Of a stretch of DNA of 64,000 nt, positions 39,501 to 53,169 are shown one piece after another (within the stretch, counting starts at the first letter, position 1; every line of letters starts with the position of its first letter). The DNA is taken from assembly GCF_018350175.1 (NCBI RefSeq), contig NC_058368.1, positions 109,928,001 through 109,992,000 of the forward strand, given 5' to 3'. The notes below the pieces were generated by a model. That model made no database searches. It was not told the DNA's origin and was given only the letters and a program-made list of their open reading frames with translations. Position numbers and translations under genes: made by a program. Source of the stretch: Felis catus (Eukaryota).

Positions 39501-41049
39501 TTTGTTTCTGGGTCCGATGTATTGGGGGTCCTCCTTGGTTGCCTATGTAGTCTGAGGCCAGAAGGGGCTCAGGTCTGCTGCAGGACAGACGTCTGACCAT
39601 GTCAATACCTGAGTAAAAACCTGTTGTTCCCACAGGCCATGATCCTTTATGTTAATATTCCAAACCTGTCAGGTTCTGGCCCCATCCTGCCACTCTAGAC
39701 CTCTCCCTTGCTTATCCCTGTCCCCTGAAGCCAGAAATTCTCCTTCCTCGGGCCCCCAGAACTGGCTCCCTCCTCCTAATATAGAACAGGCCATGCTGTG
39801 TTGTAATTCTGTGCTTGTGGATGCAGCGTCCCCCTGGAGGCTGCAGAGAGTGTCCTTGCTCTACACCCTGGTACAGGGCTTGTGAATCGCCAGCGCTTAG
39901 TGAATCCAGGGGATGATTCCCCACGTACGCCATCTGGACGGCCATGCACACATCGGGTGACTCGTGAGTGTTCCTGACAGTGACAGAGCTCACGGGGGAA
40001 TCCGAGAGGCTCCTTCTCACTTGGCTCCAGGCTAGAGGGGTACATTTACTTTCTGATCAAATATTATTCTGATGCTCGAGGCATCCTTGATGTTTGCAAG
40101 TCAGAAAAGTTTAATTACATGTGTCATTAGGATGGCATTCTGTAATAGCTCTGTGACTGAATTCATTAACAGAATTCTTAACAGATAAGACAAGACAAAT
40201 TAATATTTTGTTGCCCATGAAAGGTTCTCATTAAGAGAGTAGTGAAAAAGTGATTAATATTTTGTTGCCAATCAAGATGTCTCGTACAAATGACAAAGAA
40301 AGGAGGCCCACACCCCTCGGTGCTCTCTCATCTGCCTGCCTTGGGTTTCGCAGGTGCGGTGCTCCGTGCCAGGCGCTAATTACAGCCGGCGATGGCGTTT
40401 CATCTCTGGCTGCAGTGGACGGGGGTGGGTGTGGGCATGCCACAGGCTGAGAACTCTAGAACATCTCAATCCCCAATCTTTGTTCCAATGGGGCCGCCTG
40501 GCCCCACCCGCCTACCCCCAGCGTGTTCTTCCCTGACCAATTCTTGCTTTAAAAATGCCCCGTGAATCCTGATACCCTGGGTCTATCCATCCCTGGCTTG
40601 ATTTCCTCGGAGGGCTGCTGTCATCACTGTCCCCAGGTGGGGCTGCCACTTATGAACACCTGCTGTGTGCCGGGCACGGGGCTAGGCATTTCACACATAC
40701 GTTCAGCCTGAAAATGCCCGTCTCAGGCGGACATTGTCATCCTCATTTCTCCACAGGCTCAGAGAAGTTCAACAGCTCACCCAGGGCTGCTCCGGATGTA
40801 CTGGAGGCAAATGTCACTGTGTCCCAGGCTGACGTGGACACCTCAGGGTCGTATCTCCCTGCCTGGGGAGACTCATTGGGCTACCATGGGCTGACCTCGG
40901 GAACTCGGGCTGCAAGGTGCTGAGAATGTTGTTTGGCAGCAGCAGCAGCAGCAGCAATAATAATAACGATGGTAGCAATATCAGTAATAGTAATAATGGT
41001 AAGGACAGTGATCATAGTTAGCATGGGATGCTGCATACGAACACATCAC

Positions 41050-41225
41050 GTGTCTTTTCATCCTCACTATAACCCTATGAGGCAGGAGCTATTAATTATC
41101 CCCATTTAACAGAGGGAGAAACTGAGGCTTTGAGAAGTCAAGTGCCCTTTACAAGGTCACTCAACTAGTATGTGGTGGAGCTGAGGCTTAAACTGGGGTC
41201 CCTTTGACCTTAGTGCCTGTGCTAT
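41050..41225. mobile_element. MIR SINE
   Basis: TCATCCTCAC...AACCCTATGAGGCAGG...CCCCATTTAACAGAGGGAGAAACTGAGGC...CAAGGTCAC core. Confidence 0.85.
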
Positions 41226-41271
41226 TCACTAGCAGGGACTGTGCCTCCCTTCCCTCCTGAGGTGAAGGGAA

Positions 41272-41273
41272 GT

Positions 41274-41330
<57 letters not shown>
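41272..41330. repeat. (TG)n microsatellite
   Basis: About 25 perfect TG units at 41281-41330, preceded by an interrupted run. Confidence 0.97.
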
Positions 41331-41331
<1 letters not shown>

Positions 41332-43557
41332 TGGTGTGGCTGCATGCATCGGGTGGGCATCCTTGTGGGGCTGATGTGCCCTGCACCCTCCCGTGGGGGT
41401 TTCTGGGCAGCACAGGGCCTTGCCTGTTTGTGGGCTGCTGACTTGACCACAAGCAGCAAGTGTTTCCAGGGAGGTAATAAGAGGCCATTAATCTCCAGTT
41501 GCACCCACAATTAACCCAAATTGCTAACCTCACTGTGAAAAGTAGAAATGCAATTGAGTTGATGCTGGAGGCATGTTCGAGGGAGGGGAAAAACACTCAA
41601 AGTAATTTAATTAACCGATGGCAAGTGCATTAAGAGGAGTTCTGCCTCCACCTTTATTTCTGGTGTCTTTAAATAGATCATCAAGTAATGCACAGGGATG
41701 TTCAGACAGACACGGGCAGGCCCGTCCTACTTTGGAATTAATCACCACTGGCCAAACTCAGTTTAAAGCTGATGCCCCGCCTTGAGAGATTTTGCACACA
41801 CAGACCCGTGAACCCCAAAACACCCCCCCCCAAATCTTTGTAAACAGGACAGTACCTCTCCTTGCTAAGATCTCAGACAAGGCCTGGGCATCTCAGGCTC
41901 GGACGACAAAGGACTCTGCCCACTCAGCCTCTGTCTATCAAGCACCCAGCAGGGTGGTGTTGGTAGCACTGCGGGGAAGCTGCAAGGAAATAATCCTGCC
42001 CCACACGACAAGAGTGGGAGAAGGGTGTTCCATGCCAGGCTGTGCCCAAGACAGGACCTCCACGGCGACCGGCCCTCTGCCCATCTGCTTCCCCGTGATC
42101 TTCAGGGTGCAGCTAAAGGGCCTAGTGAGTAGCAGAGTCCCAACCTAGTTTCTACAGAATTTTAGGCTGGGATCTCTCCCCACAAAGCAGTCTCAGAGTT
42201 GCAAAGAATCTTCATGGTCATGGGGTTTAGCTGCCCTTGTGTGGCTACTAGCATTGCTGACCACGGCCCTGCTTGAGTTTGTATGCCTCTGGTAATGGGG
42301 ACCTCACTGCTTCCTTGACGGCTCACTCCGTTTTGGGGCCGCTAGGATGGCCATAATGGTGTTCCATCTCAGCAGTCCAAACTGGTCTCTTTTAGGGGAG
42401 CACCCTGGCCCTTTGTGCTTGTTGAGCTCATGGGGTCACACGGCCCAGCCTGGCTCCTGCTGTGTTAGTACCTCCCTCACCACCTCAGCGAAGTTACCCA
42501 GAACTCGCCACTCAAGACCACAAGGTCTTCCTTCTCTGGGCCAAGCATCCCATTCTGGGCCAGCTCGCCTGTCCTGAGCCTGTCCTGACTGCCCCCTCTT
42601 CTGCCTGAAACTTGTATTCCTGTTACTGTAGCTGTCCTGGCAGTGCCCTCCATGGATGACGTCACTGTCTTCTCAATGAACTTCTGGGAAGCCGCCTCAC
42701 TCCTGGGGCCAAACCTGGGCCCATAAATATACTTGAATTACTCCCTTTGTTCTTCACGTCCAATGGAAGGGAGGTGCTGCTAAGGCTGTTTTTCTAAGAG
42801 ATAGGATTGGTGTAAGAAGTTGCTCAAAGTCGTGAGGCTGGTTTGGGGGTGACACCAGGAGCCCGGCCCAGGTGCATGGGCCCTCACAGTACAGAAGCAT
42901 CCCTGCAGGTCACGGTAGGCTGTGTGTGCTCAGCTGCTCTCTCTTCTGCTCACCTCATCAAATCCACACACCCGCATCCAGCCAACGAGGCCCCCAGGGC
43001 AGGCCACTCTGGCCTGATGGGGTCCCTGCCCTCCAGCCAACCCAGCCTGGCGGTTCACCTCTGTCCTCCAGAGGGAATCCCCGTTCCCTCTTGCCCCCAC
43101 CGTCTGCATCCTGCTCAGCTGTGGGGTCTCCAGTCTTCCCTGGCTCTTCCAGCCAATTGCCCTCCCCGCACCCTGGCCACATGCTTGCTCTGTGGGCCCG
43201 TGGTCCTTCCGCGCGGTGGGCTCCCTCAGGCAGTCTGCACCCCTCCCCTCCCAATCCCACGCCCGCCGCCCGATTTCACTGCTGCAGCCTGCACCAAGGC
43301 CTCCCGCCCTGCCCACCGTGCCTCCCCAGTCAGTACGCCCCTTTCCTATTGTGGATCTGGCGAGCAGGCTTGTAGTTAACATGCAGTCTATTCTCTGCAT
43401 GGTGGGACTTGGATTTTTTGGTCCCTCTGGCTATCAGACAACAGGCTTGAAAGGCATCAAACATGGGACGTTAAGGAAACCCTCTGGCCGTGCCACTGCC
43501 ACAGGCAGTTTGCAGGTTATGTCCCTGGGGCAGGTCTGCGTTCAGGGTCGGAGCCTA

Positions 43558-43785
<228 letters not shown>

Positions 43786-46344
43786 TCACTCAAAGGCAAA
43801 TGGTTACAGGGATTTCCTGCAGGGCAGAGGCCCGGAGGCTTTGCGGCTCCCTGGAAACTGTCTACATTGTGCTAAGTGTACAGATGGACGCTCCTCGTGG
43901 GAGAGAGGCCGTGACTTCTGTGAAATGTTCAAAGGGCTCTGTGAATCAGAAGAAGTCAGGAGCCATAGCTGGTGCAGGGAAACCATTTGGGCAACGGATT
44001 TATGAGCTGAGCTGAGCCGAGAACGTGGGCTGTCACGCAGAGACCAGAGAGCCAGATGTGCCACGGACACCCTGCTCTGTGCTCCTGGGCCTCATGAAGT
44101 CTGGGCCTTGCTTAGTGCAGTCAAGGTCTGCTGGCTGAGCTGACAGGTTTCTCATCCATCTGGGGGCAATTTAAAGGTTGCAGTGTCTGAAGTCTGGGGA
44201 ACGAACTGGCTGACCTTTGAAGGTTTGTTTCTGTCTGAGGATTCTTTGAACTTGGATTTGGATTGCTGTTCAGCAACCATGCACTGTAGCCTTTAATTTT
44301 TCGAAGCGCACTTCAGGCCGTACAAATTATTAATCCGTGCCATTTTATACTTGATAACTGGCGTTAAGACTGACCATTCTTTAGGCAAATGGGAAGGGCC
44401 TAAAATATTTGCTTGCAATCACAGGCTTTTAGAAATTTTCAGGATTTTTGAGAAAATTCATCAGACTCAGGCTGTTCACATACCAAAATGGGATCAGGCT
44501 TGGAGGGAGAGTCAGCAGCCCACTGACGGGACTGCCTCCTCCCTACTGCTCCCCCAGATCTACAAGTCAGGGCACTTGTGGCAGCAGCCAGAGGGGGCAT
44601 GAGCTGAGGGAGGCAGGCTGGCTGGCTCTGGAGAGCCATCTGTGTTTATTCTGGGATGCCAGCAAAAATGTTGGGGCCCTTTGCCAGGTGTGGAGCAAGG
44701 CACAGAGCTGGGAGCTGACTCGGTGGGACCCTTTTGAGCTGTGACCAGGCAGCATGTCTGTGCTAGTGCCCTCTTGCCAATGTGTGTGTGGAGGAGAAGG
44801 TGGGGCGGTGGGAGTGAAACCCGGGACAGGTGTGATGTCCTGCAAAGCAGGTGAACCGACAGCAAGTGCAGTCGGGGTAGATGGTGAGTAGCAAAGCCCT
44901 TTCCCTGCCACAAGCAAGCAGTGGCCCGGCCCTGAGCCCATGAAGATGAACAAGATATACACTAGGTGCTTAATCAGTGCTTGTTGGATGGATGGATGGA
45001 TGAAAAATGGAGAAAATGGAAATGGGAAGGAAAGGAGTCAACAGGCCAGTGGGGAGGGGACACCCATGCACAGGAAAAATGTGACTCCCAGGGAAGGAGC
45101 TGCACGGGGAAAGATAAGCACCGAGTGAGTGATGTAGATGCAACCGGCATAATATTTTACAAACATTAAAGTGATGCATTTCAAGTCCCCTCTTAAATCA
45201 CGTCCTGTTTGCTGCCCTCCCACCTCGGAGTCATGAGGCTCATTGCTCAGGGCAGGAGAGAGAAGGCACTCGTACTCTATAGCAAGACCCAGGCTCTGGA
45301 GATTCAGAGGGGACAGAGAGAGGGAGAGAGAGGGAAGACTTGCTACACTGGTTTGGCTCTTTCTGTGCTGTGCTGGCCCTCAGGACTCAGAACCCAGAGT
45401 TGCCCTGAGTGTAGAAGGAGGTACCTCTCCTCATCGTGTGACCCACGAAGCTCCCTGGCCACGAGGCTCTGTGGAAACAGGAAGGGGTGTGGAACGTCCC
45501 CTCCTTGTCCCAGGGCATTGTGAGAATAGGGAGCTGGTGAGAAGGGTGTGCCTGTTGGCATGTAGGTAAGGCGGATCTGGAAGGGGGCTAAAGCCTCCTC
45601 CTTTCTACCCCCCACCTCGGGGTGAGCACAACATACGGCACAGAGCCAGAGCCCGGTTTATCTGCCAAAGCCCCTTTGGCTCTCTAGTGGTGTGGAGAGG
45701 TCCAAAGGTTCCTGGCCACATGCTGGCTGGGCCATAAGGAGCTGTGTACCTCTGTGCCTGAAGATTGCGCTGGACTGCCAGACTGAGGCCCTAAGGAAAT
45801 GTCCCTGGAACCTCCAAGGGTGCGTAGTGCCAGCGGGGCTGCTGGAGGCCAAGCTCTGGGGGGACATCAGACCCCAGACCACGAGGAGAACCTGGGCTGA
45901 CCTCAGCCAAGAGAACCTGAGACAGGGCAATTGGGAGTCTGCATGAAGGACCGAAGGTGGCCTAGGACAGCGGCATGTTTCAGTCCACAGTCAGAAGTCA
46001 GCTTGGGGTTCAGAAGCAGCTAAGGATGCCGGCTGGGGACTGGAGGCCGGAGGCATTTTTCTTAGAGCATTACTTAATGTGGACTGTTAGAATGGCCCAC
46101 TCAGACTAAGCTTTACAACGCATTGAACATTCGGTTCTATTTCCTGCCCAACGGCGGTGGGTGGGGCTTGCGAACAAGCTGGGTATGTTACCAAAGGATC
46201 CTACAGCTTCTCTGTATGTTGGAATGCTAGTCAAATTACAAGGGAAAGACGAACTGGGCACTCAGGCATCATCCCCTGGAGGAAGCAGGGCCGCCCTGGG
46301 CTTCAGGGCTCCTCTTCTCCAGGTGTGGTTCCCCTACCATCGGC

Positions 46345-46485
46345 ATCACATCTGGGGTGCAAATGATAGAAACGCAGATTCCTGCCCCTCCACCCCAGGC
46401 TGACAAGACTCTCTGTTGGCAGGTGGGCATTCTGGTTTTAGCAAGCACCCCTGGGGTGTCCGTGGTACCCTGAGGCCTGACAACT
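46345..46485. mobile_element. MER5-like DNA transposon fossil
   Basis: TCACATCTGGGG...AAACGCAGATTCCTGCCCCTCCACCCCAG...TTTTAGCAAGCACCCCTGGGG. Confidence 0.55.
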
Positions 46486-46641
46486 GCTGCCTTAAAAGAT
46501 GGGGGGACTGTCTGGGTGGATGGAAAGGGAGAGTCTGGAGGGGGGGGATGGGGAGGTGAGGTATTCTGGTTGGCTGGGGTCTCATTTGGAATGTAAGACC
46601 TATGTGCAATGTAGGATCCTCCGCGTGGCCCCAAAGTCACA

Positions 46642-46840
46642 AAGTTTATTTATTTGTTTTGAGAGAGACAGAGACGGCACAAGGGAGGGACAGAGAGACA
46701 GGGAGAGAGAGAATCCCAAGTGGGCCTCATGCTGACAGGCAGAGCCCGACGTGGGGCTCGAACCCACAAAACCGTGAGATCATGATCTGAGCCGAAACCA
46801 AGAGTCGGACGCTTAACTGACTGAGCCACCCAGGCGCCCC
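46642..46840 (-). mobile_element. Can-SINE
   Basis: Reverse SINE ending ...GCCACCCAGGCGCCCC. Flanking aaagtca is duplicated. Confidence 0.92.
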
Positions 46841-47989
46841 CAAAAGTCATAGATGTCAAACAGTTTAGCACAGGGCTAAAACCAAACAAACAAAAAGCAA
46901 AACCCCAAGTGGGACGGCCGCTGGGATGATTGGTTCCGGCATCCTTCCGGGGTGATTTCGCTGATCACTTGTGTGTGTGAAGATGTGCACTTTGTGTAGG
47001 AAAGGCTCATGCAAAATTAGAATGCGTGAGTACTGACAGAACCATCATAATTCTGCTCCTGTCAGCTACACAAATATTAACCAAACAGCAAATATTTGGA
47101 TCACTTAAAGTTTAATTAAATGAATGTTTTATTGGATTTAATTCATGTCAATATTCCCTGACTGGTTTAAAAATTCTGAAAAGATTTATTGCAACCAAAG
47201 CTCTCCTTCTGCCCTTACTCCCAATTATTTACTGTTCAACACACCCTCCCCGGGCAGGCCCCACGTCCCTGCTAAGCGACCTCCCATGGTCGTTTCCCAG
47301 GGGGGAAAATGAGGCATCAATCACGGGCTGGGGCTCGAGTGAGCAGAGCAGATTCTGGACTGTGGCTCTGGACAGCTGGCCTTCAGGCCTGGCTCTGCTG
47401 GTGACATGCCAAGTAGCCTTGGGCAGGTCCCTTCCTGTCAGTCAGACTCGGATCAGACATCACTAAAATGAGGGCTGGGGCTGGGAGGGTTCTGTGGACC
47501 CATCTTGCTTTGAGGTCTGGGGCGCTGAGTACATTGTTCTAAGTGGACATCCCCCTTCTGTTCTGCCAGGCGCTGTCCGGCTGTGTCTTCCTTGCCCCCC
47601 AGGGCCATCTGCCTCTGCTCTTGGCCTACATGCCCGCAGGGGTACAAGTAACACGAACAGTTACCAAGCCCAAAGTGGCTTCCCTCAGGATGCCCCCTGA
47701 ATCCTTGCCTTCCTCTCCACCCCAGAGGCCAACAGCCTCCTGTGTGCTCACCCCTCCAGATCTTCCCTGTTCTCATGAGCACAAGGTAGGTCATAGCGCT
47801 GCTCAAAAGCCACCCACAGCCTCCACCACCACAGAAGTCAGAACAGTCCCTGACCCGCACCCCCCATTCTCCTCCCACGTTACCTACCATGGTGCCCACT
47901 GGTACCTATCCCATTTGTCTATTCTGAGACCCTTGCTCTCTTGGCCCCTAGAGATGACCTTATGGGATGTTTCTGGGATCTTGAGGTTT

Positions 47990-48208
47990 TATTTACATAT
48001 TTATTTAGTGTCTATTTATTACTTTTGAGAGAGAGAGAAAGGGTGTGAGCGGGGGTGGAGCATAGAGAGAGGGAGACACAGAATCCGAAGCAGGCTCCAG
48101 GCTCTGAGCTGTCAGCACAGAGCCCGATGTGGGGCTTGAACTCATGAACTGTGAGATCATGACCTGAGCCGAAGTCGGATGCTTAACCGACTGAGACACC
48201 CAGGTGCC
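47990..48208 (-). mobile_element. Can-SINE
   Basis: Reverse SINE. TSD cttga(g/a)gttt. Confidence 0.92.
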
Positions 48209-49416
48209 ACTTGAAGTTTAATATAAATGGACATTTAGGTTTTTGTTGAAGATTGGAAGACACCATCCTGCTGAAATTTATCAGAAAAAAAGAAAGGAGG
48301 GTGGTCTTGTTTCTCATAACGGGGAAATCTAAGGCAGATGGAGGAGGCAGTAGACATCTGGGGTTCCCAACAAGGCACTCTCCACTTGGCTGCAAGATGC
48401 CCAGTGGTGGCCCCACACACACAGTGTCCCTGTGCATGGGATCCCGGAGAAAGGGACCCAATATTTCCTGAGAGGCCTGGAAACAGGCATCGGAGAGAAC
48501 TGTGATCGTCAGACTTGCCTCCTGGGTTCTTGCATGAAGCGATCCCCGGGGCCAGGTGGGTGGAGTACCACACAGTCACAGGACTGACTGACACGCGAGG
48601 CCTGCACCCTGTGGCCACCGCAGGACTGGTTGCTGGGTGTGCTGAGGTGGGAACACATGTCCCGACAGAAAGGACATGTGTGTGTTGGGCAGATTGATAC
48701 CCTATGACCGCTAGAGAGATGCAGAGAGGGCCTCGTCTTGCCTCTGCCCCTTCCCGGCCCCCCCCCTGGAGTCTCGTCATGGTGCACGGTGACGACATTG
48801 TGGAGACAGAATCCGCAGAATTCTGCTGCAGCCTGTCCATGACCCTGCCCTTCTCTGGGAGAGTTATGGGGGGACAGGTTGCTAGTGGTGCCATGGCCCA
48901 GCACAGGGGACTCCATGGTCCTCTTGAGCCTCACATTGCGATGGGGACGAGAGGAGGACCAGGCAGCCTGCAATTTGTGGAGCTGGCTCTCGTCTGTGTT
49001 CAGTGACCACACACCTACCACTCCTGCCCGGGCACACGTGTACAGGAGGGGACCCAGCTACGCTCAGCCCTGCACTCTGCTCTGTGGAGCCAAGAGTTAC
49101 GCGAGAGGGAAGTGAAGGAGCCCTCCGGGGCAGCGGCCCGCACGGGGGCTGCCCAGGGATCTTCCCGGCTGCTGGCTGTGGCTCTGCCGCTCCCACATGC
49201 CTCACCACCTGCGGTCCCAAGGGCTACTTTTTGGGAAGGTTGCCAAGGTTTCTGGGGGCCCAGGCAACAAGATCTGCCCCGTGCCCAGAGTGTGTGGAGG
49301 CAGTGAAGGAGGGCTGGGCTGCGGGTCCAAGGGGCCCAGGGGGAGCTCGTCTGGCACAGCTGGGGAAAGGCACCCACAGAGAGATGATGTCCCTGCTGTA
49401 AAAACTGGCACCCGAC

Positions 49417-49635
49417 AGGCGCCTGAGTGGTTCAGTCGGTTGAACGTCTGACCCTTGACTTTGGCTTAGGTCACAATCCCAGGGTCATGAGATTGAGCCC
49501 TGTGTTAGGCTCTGCGCAGGGCACAGAGGCTGCTTCGGATTCTCTCTCTCCCTCTCTCTCTGCTCCTCCCCCACTTGCACGGGTGCACGTGTGCATTCTC
49601 TCTCTCTCAAAATAAATAAACAGACATAAAAAAAA
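49417..49635 (+). mobile_element. Can-SINE
   Basis: AGGCGCCTGAGTGGTTCAGTCGGTTGAACG head, (CT)n, A tail. Confidence 0.9.
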
Positions 49636-51770
49636 GAGCTAGCCCTGGAGGGCTGGCTGGTAGGGAATCACGGGAGGGGAAGGCAGTGGGGGGTTCCTCA
49701 CACCCTGGGACATCTACCTTCCTATGGGCCAGGCCTTCCGTTACCCGTGGCTTCCCCGTGTTTCCCCATGGATGAGGTGGCACAGGTCGCGTTGAAATCA
49801 CCGTCGACACCATCATGGCTTGGTTAGCACAGGACAGACCTTCCCGGTGTACTAACTAGGCACGTGTCCAGCAGTGTGAACCCAGGGCTGTTTGGTGCGC
49901 TGGCGCCTAGCACGGTGCCTGGCACACAGTAGGTGGGCTCGAGGCCAAGTCCGGCTGACAGCAGTCTTCTGGGGAAACACCTGCCTGGCTCTCTAGGTCC
50001 TTCCAACCAGAGCAGTAAAACACCTGGCTGCCCAGACACAAGGCGTTGTGGACACCAGCCCTCAGCCTCCTCCCTGCACACAGGCTCTCCCTGTTCCTTG
50101 GAGCCTGGAGAGAAGAGAAGGCCGCAGGGGATTAATGGGCCCACCATAAGCAAGGCTAACACCCTTCCCGAAGGCAGGCGGCCATAAAATTTCAGTCTCC
50201 GGAGAATTGGGTTTTAGTTCCTATTACAGCTTTTCCTTAATCTCAGGCGCTATTTCTCACACTGACTTGAACTCGATGAGACACTCATAAAACCATCAGC
50301 ACCCTCTCAAGCAGGATTCTGGTGCTTCACAGCAACAGAAATTAAATTTCTCGAATTATTGTCAAGTCCGCGTTCGTTTTCTTATGTTAGAAATGCACTA
50401 ATGGAACACATTCCTACCTGGACTTTTGCCATTTTTCAAATGATGCTCTTGGTGGAAAGACTCTGTCAAAAGCTCAATCAACCTGCCTGCATGTCGAAAT
50501 ACCCTCGAAAGGCCAACCCAGGCTCAGGAGCCTACTTGGGAATCAGGATAACCTGGAGAGACCCCCGGCCGGGCGCTTAGACACATCTCTGTAGCTGCAG
50601 CTTCTTCTCACCCTGTTCTCCTCGTAAATTAATGTGCTTCTGGTAGGAGCCCCTCAGGTGACCTGGGAGCCACCACAGTAGGTGTGGCACCTGTTTGGCA
50701 AACTCTCTTGACCTGGTCTCATTCCTGAGACCAGGGTCACACTGTGAAGTGGGGGGTGGGGGGGTGGAACAGAAACAAAGGGAGAGCGTGCATACCCCAT
50801 GTCTCCTGACCGCGTAGGGGACAGGCAACATCTCAGCACCTCCTGGACCGGATAGCTTCACCAGGCGTGTACAGGGTAGGGCTGTTTTGGCTTGCCCTGT
50901 GGGAAGGTGCTCTGGGGTGCTGTGTCCTCCTCTGTTTCCCTCCACCAGAGCCTGCCGCTCGGAGCTCTCTGCCCGAATCTGCTGAAACTGTGCGGCCAGG
51001 GGGCTGGGAGCTGGTTGCCTATTTAGGGCCTTTCATTCTGATATGCACATTTTGAGCACTGGAGCATGTCTGGCCTGCACAGGTGGCTCTGGACCGGCCA
51101 GACCTGCATGCGTCCAAAATATCCTGTTTCTTCAGGCATAATCTGATTCAATTTTTCTGTCATTGTCATATTCCCTCCTGCTTGCTTAATTTTGGGGATG
51201 GCAATAAACTTGTTAATTACCGGCAGATCTGTGGGTAATTTACTTTTTCAATTGACTTACATTGCTTGGTGTTGCTGCAACCACTGTTTACAGTTTAGTT
51301 ATTAACTCTGCTCTTGGGTGTAAACAAACACCTTTGTAAGCTGCAGACAAAGATCATACCTCTATTATCTCTTTTGGATCCTCAGAGTGCCTAATATAAT
51401 CCCTGGCACAAAGAAGGGACTTGATAAGTAGTTTTAAGCAAGTGAACCATTCAGGTGGTGCTCAGTCAATAATTGTTTATTGAGCACCTACTATGTGCCA
51501 GGATATAGTGGGAACATACCCGCAAGCAGAATAGGCTCAGTGCCTGCTAACCTGGAGCTTGTGGCGTAGCAGGGAGGACAAGTGTTAGGAGTGGGGTGGG
51601 GAGAGAAGGTACCTGAAGCCTGCCCACAGACACCCATGAAGAGAACTTGGCTCCTGCACAGCGTGACTGCCCTCTCTTGGTAGAGCCCTTCCTGTGTGCC
51701 CAGTGCAGGAGACAGACCCATGACTCACTCCCAAGGAGCCCCTGTGTGATGTGACCTTCTCCTTTTGTTT

Positions 51771-52179
51771 CTTTTTAATTAATGTTTATTTATTTTTGAG
51801 AGAGAGGGAGACAGAGTAGAGTGGGGGAGGGGCAGAGAGAGAGGGAGACACAGAATCTGAAGCAGGCCCCAGGCTCTGAGCTGTCAGCACAGAGCCCGAC
51901 ACGGGGCTCGAACTCACGAACTATGAGATCATGACCTGAGCCGAAGTCGGACGCTCAACCAACTGAGCCACCCAGGCGCCCCAAAATGTTTATTTATTTT
52001 TGAAGGAGAGAGAGACAGAGCATGAGTGGGGGTGGGGCAGAGAGAGAGGGAGACACAGAATGTGAAGCAGGCTCTAGGCTCCGAGCTGTCAGCACAGAGC
52101 CCGACACGAGGCTCGCACTCATGAGGTATGAGCTCATGTGAAGTTGGACGCTTAACTGACTGAGCCACCCAGGCACCCC
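51771..52179 (-). mobile_element. Two abutting head-to-tail Can-SINEs (51771-51982 and 51983-52179)
   Basis: Two complete reverse SINE bodies joined at ...CAGGCGCCCC|AAAATGTTTATTT. Confidence 0.92.
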
Positions 52180-52234
52180 ATGGTTCTGACCAGAGGGATG
52201 TGAACATGCTTCATCAAGCAACCCCCCAAATCAC

Positions 52235-52767
52235 TGTGATGGCTAACTGTATCACATGAGTGGGCCATGGGAAACCCAGAGAGTTGGTTAAACATTCTGG
52301 GTGTGTCTGTGAGAATGTTTCTGGTTGAAATTAGCATTTGAATCAGTTGACTGACTAAAGCAGACTGCCCTTCCTAAGGTCCATGGGCCTCATCCAATCA
52401 AATGAAGACCTAAGTAGAACAAAAAGACTGAGTATTCTTATATTCATTTACTATTACTAGTATTAGTGTTTAGTGTTTTGAGTTCCTTCTCCCTGACTGC
52501 CTTCAAGATGGGACATGGGTCTTTTCCTGCCTTTGGACTTGAACTGAAGTATCGTCTTTTCCTGGGTCTCGAGCCTTGTGGCTTTTAGACTGGGCCTTAA
52601 CGCACCGGCTCTCCTGGGTCTCCAGTTCACCAATTGCAGACGCTGGGATGTTAGCCTCCACAATCTTGTGAGCCAATTCTTTATAATACTGTCTTTCTCC
52701 ATGCATCCATGCATCCATCCATGCATCCTGTTGGTTTCTGGTTCTCTGGAGCACTCTGATTCATGCA
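52235..52767 (+). mobile_element. MLT2-type (ERVL) solo LTR
   Basis: TGTGATGGCTAA...CTGGGTGTGTCTGTGAG...GGCCTCATCCAATC...GTGAGCCAATTC...CCTGTTGGTTTCTGGTTCTCTGGAG...CA. Confidence 0.8.
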
Positions 52768-53169
52768 GTCATTACCCACACTCTCTTCTCTTCTCTCACG
52801 GAGATCATGTGGTCGTGCATTTTGTGAAAGCAAATAACACAGCCTCTTTGTTGCTGCCTGAGCCCACCAGATCTGATGAGCATGAGAAATCGGTCTTCAC
52901 TCCATCATGCTACTAAGATGTTGGGTCTCTACAGCATTTGGTGTTGATGACCTAATACACCCCTTCAGAAGACAAAGAAATGTAAGTTAATGTATTTCCA
53001 CAGAAGAAATTGTCATGAGATGTGGAAGGGGCCTTGGAGAGGTTGTCATTCAGGTCAGGAACCCTCAAAATCCTCTGACAGGAGGAGATCTGACTCGTGT
53101 TCCAATCCTCGAAACAGCTTCTGTCCAGAGACCTTATTCTCTCCTCCCACAGCTGTTTCTACTGCTTTC

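Noticed and set aside
45175..45575. Possible old LTR (also 12780-13620) and possible L3/CR1 relic (4040-4560)
   Set aside because: Resemblance is too vague to assign boundaries or a family without a database search.
48235..48894. Long ORFs of 197-219 aa (also 19529-20179, 59255-59848, 61245-61862)
   Set aside because: Pro/Ser/Gly/Cys-rich translations expected by chance in GC-rich intron or L2 relics. No family resemblance.
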